Both the position numbers and the translations under genes were made by a program. A stretch of DNA of 64,000 nt from Bacteroidota bacterium (GTDB lineage Bacteria; Bacteroidota; Bacteroidia; AKYH767-A; JAHEYN01): contig JAHEYN010000008.1 in NCBI GenBank assembly GCA_023251555.1, forward strand, positions 11,535 to 75,534, written 5' to 3'. A model generated the notes under the pieces. The model was given only the letters and a program-made list of their open reading frames with translations. It was not told the DNA's origin and did no database searches. Below, piece after piece: positions 1-10,127 of the stretch (positions within the stretch are counted from its first letter, which is position 1; each line of letters begins with the position of its first letter).

Positions 1-1
1 C

Positions 2-112
2 GAGGGCACCATTATGCTTTTCGTTCATGACACAGAACATCTTAACAAGCTCATCCGCAAGCTGACAGCCCTCAAAGGAATTCTTACTGTAAGCCGTATT
101 GACAATAACTAG
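2..112 (+). CDS. 3' end of an upstream gene; C-terminal ACT-like domain of RelA/SpoT-type (p)ppGpp synthetase/hydrolase (partial)
   Basis: Open frame from the window edge translates to ...EGTIMLFVHDTEHLNKLIRKLTALKGILTVSRIDNN*. This resembles the RelA/SpoT C-terminal regulatory domain. Stop at 110-112. Confidence 0.45.
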   Translation, partial: EGTIMLFVHDTEHLNKLIRKLTALKGILTVSRIDNN

Positions 113-164
113 AACCCATCTAATTTTGGATTCCGCCCTGAATTATTACTTTTGAAAAATTAAC

Positions 165-659
165 ATGAAAGGCAACAGCCGGAAAGAAACAGTCAGGAAA
201 ATATTTTCGGAATATCTGGCAAAAAATGCACACAGGAAAACTCCCGAGCGTTTTGCCATACTTGACGAAATTTATTCCATCAGCGGACATTTTGATATAG
301 AATCACTTTACCAGCGAATGAAAAGAAAGAATTACCACATCAGCGTTGCTACTATCTATAACACCATTGACCTCCTTATTGACTCAGACCTCATAGCGCG
401 GCACCAGTTTGGGAAAAACATGGCGCAGTATGAAAAATCCTATGAATACAGACAGCATGACCACATGATATGTGAAGACTGCCTGCGCGTGGTGGAATTC
501 TGCGACCCCCGCATCGGGCAAATCCAGACCATGACAGGAAAAATATTAGATTATACCATCACTCACCATTCCCTGAACCTGTACGGCAGGTGCAACAAAC
601 TGGCAGAAACCGGAAAATGCGATCACTTCTCCCAAAAAAACAAACAACATGCTATTTGA
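165..659 (+). CDS. fur: Fur-family metal-responsive transcriptional regulator (Fur/Zur/PerR)
   Basis: 164 aa with an N-terminal winged-helix region, an HDHMICEDC metal-site motif and a C-terminal Cys pair. Typical Fur-family length. Confidence 0.8.
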   Translation: MKGNSRKETVRKIFSEYLAKNAHRKTPERFAILDEIYSISGHFDIESLYQRMKRKNYHISVATIYNTIDLLIDSDLIARHQFGKNMAQYEKSYEYRQHDHMICEDCLRVVEFCDPRIGQIQTMTGKILDYTITHHSLNLYGRCNKLAETGKCDHFSQKNKQHAI

Positions 660-993
660 TTACAAACTCGAGAAAAAAGGCAGTACCTGTATTATTCATC
701 TCAGCGGAAACCTTATTGAAGGCAACCAGGCTATTCCCCTGCTGAAGGAAACAGACAACATTCTGCAGGATGGTACAAGAGTAATTATTCTTGAGTTAAA
801 AAACCTCAAATATATGAATAGCATGGGCCTTGGGACTTTGATTACCATGCTGACCAAAGCCCGGAAAACTTCAGGGGAAGTAATCATATGCGGTGTTTCC
901 CAAAAAATCAAAGAGTTACTTATCATCACCAAACTGAATTCTGTATTTACCGTTACAGAAACCCTCGAAGAGGCGATTAAAAAAATAAAATAA
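649..993 (+). CDS. STAS-domain protein (anti-sigma-factor antagonist, SpoIIAA-like)
   Basis: 114 aa. The pattern ...LSGNLIEG...[17 protein letters not shown]... is typical of STAS/anti-anti-sigma proteins. Its ATG overlaps the fur stop by 11 nt. Confidence 0.7.
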   Translation: MLFDYKLEKKGSTCIIHLSGNLIEGNQAIPLLKETDNILQDGTRVIILELKNLKYMNSMGLGTLITMLTKARKTSGEVIICGVSQKIKELLIITKLNSVFTVTETLEEAIKKIK

Positions 994-995
994 GC

Positions 996-2276
996 ATGGC
1001 CGTTGATGTTTTGTTAGGTCTCCAGTGGGGAGACGAGGGAAAAGGAAAAATTGTGGACGTGATTACTCCCGGCTATAATGCCGTTGCCCGTTTCCAGGGA
1101 GGACCCAATGCCGGGCATTCACTGGAATTCAACGGTATCAAGCATGTGCTGCATACCATTCCTTCCGGCATCTTCAGGGAAGGCATTATCAATATTGTAG
1201 GCAATGGAGTCGTAATAGACCCGGTGGTCTTAAAAAAAGAAACGGATGCGCTCGCAAAACTTGGGGTGGATTTCAGATCCCGTTTGCTTCTCTCAAGGAA
1301 AGCACACCTCATCCTCCCCACACACCGGCTGCTGGATGCCGCTTCTGAAAAATCAAAAGGGAATGCAAAGATAGGTTCAACCCTCAGGGGCATAGGCCCC
1401 ACATATATGGACAAGACGGGGAGAAATGGCTTAAGAGTGGGTGATACCACTTCGGAAGACTTTAAAGACAAATACCGTTTTCTCATTGCAAAGCATGCCG
1501 AGATTCTTAAGTTTCAAGACTTCGCGTACAATCTCTCCGAGTATGAAAAAGAATGGTTTGAAGGAATTGAACTTGTAAAGTCTCTTCAGCACGTAGACAG
1601 CGAACATCTTTTAAACCGGTACCTCGAAGAGGGAAAAAGAGTGCTGGCGGAGGGAGCGCAGGGATCCATGCTCGACATTGATTTTGGTTCATACCCTTTT
1701 GTGACATCCTCCAACACCATCACAGCAGGAGCCTGTACGGGACTCGGCATTGCCCCCGGAAACATCGGAAAAGTTATCGGCATTTTCAAGGCCTACTGCA
1801 CCAGGGTTGGGAGCGGCCCTTTCCCTACCGAGCTTACCAATGAAACAGGAGAACATCTCCGCAAAAAAGGCCACGAATACGGGGCAACCACCGGGCGGCC
1901 ACGCAGGTGCGGATGGCTGGATCTTGTTGCACTAAAGTATGCCATCATGCTGAACGGAGTTACAGAACTTATCATGACAAAGGCAGATATACTCAGCGGC
2001 TTTAAAAAAATAAATGTATGCACTCACTACCTGCTGAACGGAAAAAAAATTGATTATGTACCTTACGAATCCGAAGGCATAACACCGGTGTACAAGGAGC
2101 TGCAGGGATGGAATGAAGACTTATCAGAGCTGAAATCTGTCAGCAGCATCCCGGACGAACTTAATGCCTATATCACATATATAGAAAAAGAGCTGAAAAC
2201 ACCGGTAACGATTGTTTCCGTTGGCCCTGACAGGAGGCAAACCCTCCCTAGGAGAGCCGTTTCCGCACACATCTGA
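996..2276 (+). CDS. purA: adenylosuccinate synthetase
   Basis: N-terminal LGLQWGDEGKGKIVD P-loop, GIGPTY and TTGRPRRCGW motifs. 426 aa. Confidence 0.95.
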   Translation: MAVDVLLGLQWGDEGKGKIVDVITPGYNAVARFQGGPNAGHSLEFNGIKHVLHTIPSGIFREGIINIVGNGVVIDPVVLKKETDALAKLGVDFRSRLLLSRKAHLILPTHRLLDAASEKSKGNAKIGSTLRGIGPTYMDKTGRNGLRVGDTTSEDFKDKYRFLIAKHAEILKFQDFAYNLSEYEKEWFEGIELVKSLQHVDSEHLLNRYLEEGKRVLAEGAQGSMLDIDFGSYPFVTSSNTITAGACTGLGIAPGNIGKVIGIFKAYCTRVGSGPFPTELTNETGEHLRKKGHEYGATTGRPRRCGWLDLVALKYAIMLNGVTELIMTKADILSGFKKINVCTHYLLNGKKIDYVPYESEGITPVYKELQGWNEDLSELKSVSSIPDELNAYITYIEKELKTPVTIVSVGPDRRQTLPRRAVSAHI

Positions 2277-3802
2277 TGACTCTCCTCCATTCCCGATTCC
2301 ACAAGCACTTCCCGGTCTTTTTTTTTCTTCTTTTTTCCACTCTGCTATATGCCCAAAAAAACAAAAAAGTTGAACTTATTCATGCCAATGCCCTGACCTA
2401 CGATGAAACAGCCGGGGGAAAAGTGAGACACCTGACAGGCGATGTAAAATTCCGGCAGGACAACATTTTTTTGTATTGCGACAGCGCTTTCTTTTACAGT
2501 GAAACAAATGCCATTGATGCTTTCAGCAACGTACGCATTGTGCAGGGAGACTCTCTGAACCTTTACGGGGATGTATTAAAATACGACGGCAACAGGAAAC
2601 AGGCTGAAATGTTTCGTAACATCCGCATGAACGACGGAAAAATAACACTCACCACCGACCATATTTCCTATGATATGAAGCTGAACATTGCCAGTTACTC
2701 CGAAGGGGGAAAGATCATTGACGGGGACAATACCCTCACAAGCAAGACAGGGTATTATTATTCATCCCAAAAAGATTTTTTCTTTAAAAAAAACGTGGTG
2801 CTTCTCAACCCCGATTATAAAATGACATGTGACACCTTAAAATACAACGGTCCTTCGAAAGTGGCTTATTTTCTTTCACCTACTTTCATCACATCGAAGG
2901 AACATCTTATCTATTGCGAAAACGGATGGTACGACACCGAAAAAGGCACGTCAAGGTTCAGCAAAAACGCTTACCTGCAGTCGAAAGAACAGAAACTGAA
3001 AGGCGACAGCATACTCTTTGACCGTATAAGCGGCAATGGAAAGGCCTTCGGGAACATTGAAATAACGGATACCATTGAACGCATTGTTATCCGGGGAGAT
3101 TATGCGGAGTATTTCCAGAAGCATGACAGCGCCATGGTGACAGGACATACTCTCTTCATACAAATTTTTGAAACAGACTCCATGTACCTGCATGCCGACA
3201 CTCTCACTGCCTCAGGAGACTCTGCCGGAACTTCCGAAAAAAAACAAAAACGGATAATGGCTTACCACCATGTAAAAATTTTTAAGCCTGACCTACAGGG
3301 AAAGTGCGACTCTCTGGCATACTCGGCAAAGGATTCCAGCATGGAAATGTATAAAGCACCAATCCTTTGGTCAGATAAAAATCAACTCACCGCGGAACAT
3401 ATCTCTATGGAACTCAGCCGGAACCGGATCAGCAAACTGCTGATGCTTCGGTCATCATTTATCATATCGCAGGAAGATTCTGTACACTATAATCAGGTGA
3501 AAGGGAAAAAAATGACAGGGCATTTCGAAAACAACAAACTGCATGACATGCTTGTAGAAGGCAACGGAGAAACCATATATTACGCCAAAGACAACAACAA
3601 TAGATTTATAGGTGTAAACAAGGCAGTATGCAGCGATATCCTGATTTTAATTCACGAAAATAAAGTAAATGACATCAGCCTTCTGAAAAAACCAGAGGCC
3701 GCATTTCACCCCATGGGCGAACTGGGCAAGGAAGATCTTTTCCTCAAAGGATTCACATGGAGAGGAGATGAAAGGCCGGGAAGCAGGGAGGATATCTTCT
3801 GA
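2276..3802 (+). CDS. OstA-like (LptD N-terminal-like) periplasmic protein
   Basis: Signal peptide, then repeated beta-jellyroll-like segments (HANALTYDETAGGKVRHLTGDVKFRQDNIFLYCDSA...). This resembles tandem OstA/LptA folds. The TGATG overlaps the purA stop. Confidence 0.55.
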   Translation: MTLLHSRFHKHFPVFFFLLFSTLLYAQKNKKVELIHANALTYDETAGGKVRHLTGDVKFRQDNIFLYCDSAFFYSETNAIDAFSNVRIVQGDSLNLYGDVLKYDGNRKQAEMFRNIRMNDGKITLTTDHISYDMKLNIASYSEGGKIIDGDNTLTSKTGYYYSSQKDFFFKKNVVLLNPDYKMTCDTLKYNGPSKVAYFLSPTFITSKEHLIYCENGWYDTEKGTSRFSKNAYLQSKEQKLKGDSILFDRISGNGKAFGNIEITDTIERIVIRGDYAEYFQKHDSAMVTGHTLFIQIFETDSMYLHADTLTASGDSAGTSEKKQKRIMAYHHVKIFKPDLQGKCDSLAYSAKDSSMEMYKAPILWSDKNQLTAEHISMELSRNRISKLLMLRSSFIISQEDSVHYNQVKGKKMTGHFENNKLHDMLVEGNGETIYYAKDNNNRFIGVNKAVCSDILILIHENKVNDISLLKKPEAAFHPMGELGKEDLFLKGFTWRGDERPGSREDIF

Positions 3803-3869
3803 ACGGGCTGCAGTTGTGCAAACTGCCTGATTCCGCTTATTGTTCTGTTTTAATACCATAATACTCCGC

Positions 3870-6050
3870 ATGAAACACTTTCCAGTATTATTCTTCCTGA
3901 TCGTCTCCCTTAACAGTTGTGTTTATGCACAACAATCTTCAGGGGTACTAACCCTCGAAGATATATGGACCAGGAATACTTTCGCAGACGAGGGGACGGA
4001 TGACATCCGTTCCATGAATGACGATGAGTGCTACAGCACTATGCATTACACTGAACAGGGAAAGCTCCTGATACTAAAACAAAATTATTTCACAGGAAAA
4101 ATTACTGATACACTTTTCAGCCAGGAAAAAGCATCCGTACCTGCCCTCATCACCGGGTATGAATTCAGTCCGGATGAATCGCAAATACTCCTCACCACGG
4201 GGCATGAGAAAATATACCGTCACTCTTTCAAGGCTGATTTCTACCTTTTCGACAGAAAAACCAAATCTGTTTCCCCCCTTTCTGCCGGAGGAAAACAACA
4301 ATACCCCCTGTTTTCGCCAGATGGGAAAAAGGTTGCCTTCGTGAAAGAAAATAATCTTTACATAAAAGATCTCGCATCCGGTAAAGAAGATCAGCTTACC
4401 TCTGACGGAAAAGTGAACGCAATTATTAACGGTGCGTCGGACTGGGTTTATTCCGAGGAGCTTGACTTCGACAGGGCATTCGAATGGTCACCTGCAGGCG
4501 ACAAGATAGCCTTTTACCGTTTTGATGAATCAGATGTGAGGGAGTATACCATGCCTGTATATGACAGCCTTTACCCCAGCCTGCACAGATTCAAATATCC
4601 CAAAGCGGGTGAACAAAATGCAGATGTGAGAATCCTCGTAATCTCCCTCCCTGAAAAAGAAATAACAAGCATAAAAACCGGGGATGAAAAGGATTACTAT
4701 ATCCCAAGAATGAAGTGGACCCGGAACAACAACCTGCTTGCAATACTGAAAATGAACAGGCTGCAAAACAGGGTGGAACTTCTTATTGCAGATGCCGAAT
4801 CAGGCCAGTGCCATACTGTTCATACCGAAAAAAGTGAAACTTATGTTGAGATAACAAACGATCTTTTTTTTCTGAAAGATGGCAGGCATTACACATGGTC
4901 AAGTGAAAAAAGCGGGTATAATCATCTTTACCTCTGCAGCCTTGAGGACAGTTCAGAAACCGCACTCACGCATGGGAACTGGGACATGACGCAATTCTAT
5001 GGAATAGATGAAGAGAAAGGAGTTGCTTATTACCAGTCTGCGGAAGAATCTCCTTTGCAACGCCATATCTATTCAGTGCATACAGACGGCAGCGGGAAGA
5101 AAAAGATCTCTTCTGCTCCGGGAACGAACGATGCTGAATTCAGCAGGAGGTTCCGTTATTTTGTCAATACCCATTCTGATGCCAACACCCCTGAAGATAT
5201 CGCTATTTGCAGGCCGGATGGAAGAAAGATCCGGGTAGTTGCAGATAACGCTTCTCTTTGCAAGACCATAAAGCTTTTTCATATAAACAAAAAAGAGTTT
5301 TTCAGTTTTAAAACCTCAGGGGGAATTATGCTGAACGGGTGGATGATTAAGCCTCCCGGCTTCGATCCCTCAAACAAATATCCCGTATTCTTCAACGTAT
5401 ACGGGGGACCGGGTTCTCAGACAGTTACCGACAGCTGGGATTCGCGTTCCTACCTGTGGCACCAGTTGCTGGCGCAAAAAGGGTATATCGTGGTGTCGGT
5501 TGACAACCGTGGTACCGGCGCAAGGGGCACTGATTTTAAAAAGTGTACTTATCTCCGCCTTGGAGAGATTGAAACTGCCGACCAGGTGGAAGCTGCAAAA
5601 TACCTCTCCTCTCTTTCATACGTGGATGGAAAGAGGATAGGAATCTTCGGGTGGAGCTACGGCGGATACCTTACTTCATTGTGCATGACTAAAGGTGCTC
5701 CCTGTTTCAAAGCAGGCATCGCTGTTGCACCGGTAACCGACTGGAAATTCTACGACAGTATTTACACGGAGAGGTATCTGCGCACCCCTAAAGAAAATGA
5801 AGAGGGCTACGAAATCTCTTCAGTGCTGACATACACGGGTAAACTCGAAGGCAGCCTGCTCCTTATACACGGGACTGGAGATGATAACGTACATTTCCAG
5901 AATTCGGCGGAACTGGTAAAAAAACTAATTGCTTCAGGAATAAAGTTTGACTCCTTTTTTTACCCTGATAAAGACCATAGCATCGGCGGGGCAAACACCC
6001 GCCTGCATCTGTACTCAATGATGACCGATTTTATACTAAAAAACCTGTAA
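3870..6050 (+). CDS. S9B-family serine peptidase (dipeptidyl-peptidase IV-like)
   Basis: Signal peptide MKHFPVLFFLIVSLNSCVYAQ. N-terminal DPP-IV beta-propeller region and C-terminal alpha/beta hydrolase with GWSYGGY nucleophile elbow, a catalytic Asp in the LLIHGTGDDNV segment and a His candidate (DKDH). Confidence 0.85.
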   Translation: MKHFPVLFFLIVSLNSCVYAQQSSGVLTLEDIWTRNTFADEGTDDIRSMNDDECYSTMHYTEQGKLLILKQNYFTGKITDTLFSQEKASVPALITGYEFSPDESQILLTTGHEKIYRHSFKADFYLFDRKTKSVSPLSAGGKQQYPLFSPDGKKVAFVKENNLYIKDLASGKEDQLTSDGKVNAIINGASDWVYSEELDFDRAFEWSPAGDKIAFYRFDESDVREYTMPVYDSLYPSLHRFKYPKAGEQNADVRILVISLPEKEITSIKTGDEKDYYIPRMKWTRNNNLLAILKMNRLQNRVELLIADAESGQCHTVHTEKSETYVEITNDLFFLKDGRHYTWSSEKSGYNHLYLCSLEDSSETALTHGNWDMTQFYGIDEEKGVAYYQSAEESPLQRHIYSVHTDGSGKKKISSAPGTNDAEFSRRFRYFVNTHSDANTPEDIAICRPDGRKIRVVADNASLCKTIKLFHINKKEFFSFKTSGGIMLNGWMIKPPGFDPSNKYPVFFNVYGGPGSQTVTDSWDSRSYLWHQLLAQKGYIVVSVDNRGTGARGTDFKKCTYLRLGEIETADQVEAAKYLSSLSYVDGKRIGIFGWSYGGYLTSLCMTKGAPCFKAGIAVAPVTDWKFYDSIYTERYLRTPKENEEGYEISSVLTYTGKLEGSLLLIHGTGDDNVHFQNSAELVKKLIASGIKFDSFFYPDKDHSIGGANTRLHLYSMMTDFILKNL

Positions 6051-6055
6051 ACGGC

Positions 6056-6751
6056 TCAGAAAGGAATTCCGACCTTAAAGCCGGCCAGCAGCCGGGCTCC
6101 ATCCTTAGGAACTTTTTTATTACTCCCTGTGGCCTTGTTAATGTGCTCATAAAACCTGTTCACATTCCCGCTGGCATAATAAAGAAGGCTCATTCCCTCC
6201 CCTACATAAACATCCACTATAAAAACCTTGTTAATCACAGACTGGTAGCCTATTGTAGCTGCAGCCTGATATTCAGTTATGGAAAGTTTCTCAGGAGCAT
6301 AGTAAACAATACTGTCTTTATAATATGATCCATTATTATACTGGGTATGCACACTGTCGCCATCAAGTTCCTTGGTCTGCCCGATAAGGCCGATTTCGGG
6401 GCTGGCATAAAATCCGCCCGGCAGGTTGGGAAGGCGGTAAAGGTAAAAACGGATAGCAGGATTAAAATAATACCCCATTCTCGTTTTATACGGATAATCA
6501 TTTCCTATAACGCTGAGCACCACTGAATAGGGGTTGGTGATATAGGACATCCCGAGTACAATGCTCTTATTGGGAGTAATGAAACGTTCATAGGTAAGAG
6601 GAACCCATCCGCCAAGAGTATAAAGGGGATTGGTCTTAAACAGATTCTTAGGAAGTTTGGTTTGAGCAGTATCCTGAGAGAAAGATTTCCCGGGTAAAAT
6701 TGCCGATACTGCAAGAAGCAGTACTGCAACTGTAATCTTACGTATATTCAT
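6056..6751 (-). CDS. outer-membrane beta-barrel protein (DUF3575-like), hypothetical
   Basis: Signal peptide followed by alternating aromatic/hydrophobic beta-strand pattern. C-terminal ...GFKVGIPF aromatic terminus typical of OM barrels. Confidence 0.45.
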   Translation of the reverse strand: MNIRKITVAVLLLAVSAILPGKSFSQDTAQTKLPKNLFKTNPLYTLGGWVPLTYERFITPNKSIVLGMSYITNPYSVVLSVIGNDYPYKTRMGYYFNPAIRFYLYRLPNLPGGFYASPEIGLIGQTKELDGDSVHTQYNNGSYYKDSIVYYAPEKLSITEYQAAATIGYQSVINKVFIVDVYVGEGMSLLYYASGNVNRFYEHINKATGSNKKVPKDGARLLAGFKVGIPF

Positions 6752-7311
6752 TTCATAGAAGAGTTAGTATACAGACGCAAAAGTAATGAATTTATTCTTG
6801 TTGTTACCATTCATTTCCTTAAAACGGGAAATGTCTTAATTGGAAAGAAGTGCGTTCAGATCTCCTTCCCCGTAATCATGATTTCAAAGAAACTGGAGCA
6901 TACAAATTATAATCTTGACTTCTTGATAAAAAAATAACTTTCAATTAAACTGTGTCGGGAAGTTATTTAAAAAAGATATTTTATCGCTTTACGATTTTTT
7001 CCTGTTCTTACTTGTCCTATATTAGCAACTGGACTGGTCCGGGCAAATATCACCCGTATACATAATATAACTAAAAATATTCATTATTTTTCAGGCTGTA
7101 CGCCTATATGCCTGCATTCTCAGAGAAAAAAATAGATATTTAACTTATTTATATTAAAAAAATAAGAATAAAATTCCAGAAGTTTGTTTTGTGTAACTTT
7201 ATGTCTTTACAGACGCGACGGCAGAAAGTGATAATCAGATACACATATGACATTCTGCTGCCGGGCAGAAATGACAGGCCACAACAGCACCAGAACAAAT
7301 CAATCAACACC

Positions 7312-9084
7312 ATGCGTAAAAAGTTTACCTTAAAAGATGTTCTCCGTCTGTCATTTATAGTGACAGTTTTATGTTTTTTCACTTTGCGATCCCCTTCAAT
7401 GCCGCCATCTTCTGCCACAGCCTTTCAGCCCAACAGCACAGCCGTATTCCAGGGCACTGAAAACAATGAGGTTATAGGGGTTAGCATCAGTGCCGGCACC
7501 AGCGGAAATGCCACGAGTTTTACATTTAACACCACCGGTACAACCAATACCGTTGATATCGCCAATGCCAAGCTCTGGTGCACTGTATTCTGTCCTTCTT
7601 TCATGAGTTCGGATACGAATACCGTAACATACAGCCTTTACGGGACAGGGCCTGCGTCACCCAACGGTGCTTTTACAATCACTGGCAGCGTTCCCCTGGT
7701 GTCCGGCAAAACTTATTACTTCTGGCTGACATTTGATGTGGTGTGCAGTTCTTCCGTAACTGATGTAATAGATGCCCAGTGTACGAGCCTTATTTATAAC
7801 GGCTCCACTTTAACTCCTTCAACCACCAATCCTGCAGGAAGCAGAACTATCTCAGCGCCTCTGTCGCCCAACATCGTACCCAATCCTGATTTCGAGGTCT
7901 ATACCTCATGTCCCACAATGGTAGGGCAACCCGGCAGGGCAGCGCCATGGTATATGCCGACAACGGGGACATCCGATTATTGTAATGCCTGCGCCCCTTA
8001 TGCCACCACATGGGCAAGCGTTCCCCAGAACAGCTGGGGCACACAAGCTGCTTATTCCGGAAACGGCTACGGAGGGGTATACTGCTATAATGGCTCATCC
8101 ATAGCTCCCTGGGCCAATTACAGGGAATACCTCCAGACACCCCTGAGCACATCTTTGGTGGCAGGAAACACATATACAGCACAGATGTATGTGAATGCTG
8201 CAGATAACAACACCTGTGGGGTGGATAAAATAGGAATGTACTTTTCTGCAGGGCCGCTGTTCAATTTTTCTTCTTCCACCCTTTATACAGTCACGCCCCA
8301 GGTAAGCAATACGACCGGCAGCTTTCTGAATGACAAGGTAAACTGGGTTTTAATCAGCGGGACATTCACTGCTGCAGGCGGAGAAAACTATTTAACCATA
8401 GGTAATTTTTCAGATGACCCCACCACCATAGCAGGCACCGGATGCGTGTTCGGCCCAGTGTCTTATTATTACGTTGACAATGTGTCAGTGCAACACACCA
8501 GCGGATCGGGAAGTCCTCCATGCGGGGCACTGCCTTCAGGTTTGCTTTCCCTGACAGGATATACTGAAGGAAACGATATTATTATACAATGGATAACAGC
8601 AAACGGTGTGAACAATGCTTATTTTATCATTGAAAGAAGCAAAGACGGGAAAACATTTGAAGTACTGTCCATGGTGAAAGGATCCGGGAATTCCAATGCG
8701 CAAATGCATTACTCTTTTACAGACGAAAAACCATTCCGGGGAACCAATAATTATTATCGTTTGAAACAGGCGGATTTCGACGGTAATTATTCTTATTCGC
8801 AAACTATTTCCGTAATGGCCGGGCAGGGTTGTGAACTTTCGTTTAATGTTTATCCCAATCCTGCATGTTCTGTTCTGAGCTGTAAGTTCTTGTCTGAGAA
8901 AACAGCCAATGTGCGTATCCGGGTGGCCGATATACTGGGCAATGTGCTGCTGGAAGATGAAACACAGGCAGCGAGGGGATCAAACTTATACACGCTGAAC
9001 ACAGGCAGGCTTCCTCAGGGAATTTATTTTGTAACGCTTGAATGCGGAAACAAACAATTAAAGGATAAATTCATTAAACAATAG
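7312..9084 (+). CDS. T9SS cargo protein with a conserved ~85-aa pre-CTD module and a Por C-terminal sorting domain
   Basis: Start taken at the internal MRKKF plus signal peptide. Thr/Ser/Asn-rich N-terminal module (TSFTFNTTGTTNTVDIANAKLWCT). C-terminal ...NVYPNPA...GIYFVTLECGNKQ matches the T9SS CTD pattern. The pre-CTD module is shared with the ORFs at 34484..36376 and 45932..48766. Confidence 0.7.
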   Translation: MRKKFTLKDVLRLSFIVTVLCFFTLRSPSMPPSSATAFQPNSTAVFQGTENNEVIGVSISAGTSGNATSFTFNTTGTTNTVDIANAKLWCTVFCPSFMSSDTNTVTYSLYGTGPASPNGAFTITGSVPLVSGKTYYFWLTFDVVCSSSVTDVIDAQCTSLIYNGSTLTPSTTNPAGSRTISAPLSPNIVPNPDFEVYTSCPTMVGQPGRAAPWYMPTTGTSDYCNACAPYATTWASVPQNSWGTQAAYSGNGYGGVYCYNGSSIAPWANYREYLQTPLSTSLVAGNTYTAQMYVNAADNNTCGVDKIGMYFSAGPLFNFSSSTLYTVTPQVSNTTGSFLNDKVNWVLISGTFTAAGGENYLTIGNFSDDPTTIAGTGCVFGPVSYYYVDNVSVQHTSGSGSPPCGALPSGLLSLTGYTEGNDIIIQWITANGVNNAYFIIERSKDGKTFEVLSMVKGSGNSNAQMHYSFTDEKPFRGTNNYYRLKQADFDGNYSYSQTISVMAGQGCELSFNVYPNPACSVLSCKFLSEKTANVRIRVADILGNVLLEDETQAARGSNLYTLNTGRLPQGIYFVTLECGNKQLKDKFIKQ

Positions 9085-9270
9085 CAATCCGGCGGACAGC
9101 AGTGCTATCCGCTGCTTTATTATCTCTTCCGGGTTAAAATTGCCAGGCACTGCAGCCATTCCCTTGCGCTATAATTTATACCTTTGCTTTCATTAAATTG
9201 GTATTACCCCGGGGCAAGCTCCGGAGCCTCTCGTCCGCCGTAGCGGAACGCGGAGGCGGATTAAAATTAT

Positions 9271-10101
9271 ATGCCGGAAGAAACTGCAAATAAGATAGAA
9301 AATAAAGTTGCCGAGATGTCCTTTCTCGGGCATCTTGAGGCTCTCCGCTGGCACCTTATCCGGTCGGCCATAGCGGTCATTGGCATTGCCACCACGGCAT
9401 TCTGTTTCAAGAGTTTCATTTTTGACCAGGTACTCCTCGCCCCCAAACACACAGACTTCCTCACCTACAGGCTTCTATGTAAAATGGCCACGCTGCTTCA
9501 ACTGGGGGACGACTTCTGTATAAAAGAGATTCCTTTCAGGCTCCAGAGCGTGGATCTTTCCGGGCAGTTCACCACACACATGACCGTATCAGTGATCACA
9601 GGGCTGGTGCTTGCCGCCCCATACATCTTCTGGGAATTATGGCGTTTTGTCAAACCTGCACTTTATGAAAAAGAAAGAAAGTATGCACGCGGAATTGTTT
9701 TCTATGCCTCCTCTCTTTTTCTCACAGGAGTTCTTTTCGGGTATTACCTTGTCACACCCCTCTCCATTAACTTTCTCGGCGCCTACCAGGTGAGTCCGGA
9801 AGTGGAAAATCGTATCAGTCTTGATTCTTTTATCTCCACAGTAACAACCATGACACTGATTTCGGGTGCAGTTTTTGAACTTCCTATCGTCATTTATTTC
9901 CTTTCAAAAATAGGGCTTATCACCCCTGCTTTTATGCGCAAATACAGAAGACATGCCGTGGTGGTGATCCTAATCCTTGCCGCCGTAATCACTCCTACCT
10001 CCGACATTCCTACCATGCTGCTCGTGGCATCTCCCTTGTATATTCTTTATGAAGCAAGTATTTTTGTTTCAAGGCGGGTTCTTAAAAACAAGTCCGTCTG
10101 A
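9271..10101 (+). CDS. tatC: twin-arginine translocase subunit TatC
   Basis: FLGHLEALRWHL N-terminus and six predicted TM segments, matching TatC-family architecture. Confidence 0.9.
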   Translation: MPEETANKIENKVAEMSFLGHLEALRWHLIRSAIAVIGIATTAFCFKSFIFDQVLLAPKHTDFLTYRLLCKMATLLQLGDDFCIKEIPFRLQSVDLSGQFTTHMTVSVITGLVLAAPYIFWELWRFVKPALYEKERKYARGIVFYASSLFLTGVLFGYYLVTPLSINFLGAYQVSPEVENRISLDSFISTVTTMTLISGAVFELPIVIYFLSKIGLITPAFMRKYRRHAVVVILILAAVITPTSDIPTMLLVASPLYILYEASIFVSRRVLKNKSV

Positions 10102-10127
10102 AAAATCCACACAAGCCCCGCCCCTGC

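Noticed and set aside
1073-2023. Multiple minus-strand ORFs of 60-137 aa inside purA
   Set aside because: Antisense to a highly conserved purA CDS, so spurious.
9205-9265. GC-rich hairpin (tccgcc...ggcgga, 6-bp stem with an internal ccg/cgg stem) upstream of tatC
   Set aside because: It has no T-run, so it is not a terminator. It is too short and simple to match a riboswitch I know. Most likely a 5' UTR structure of unknown significance.
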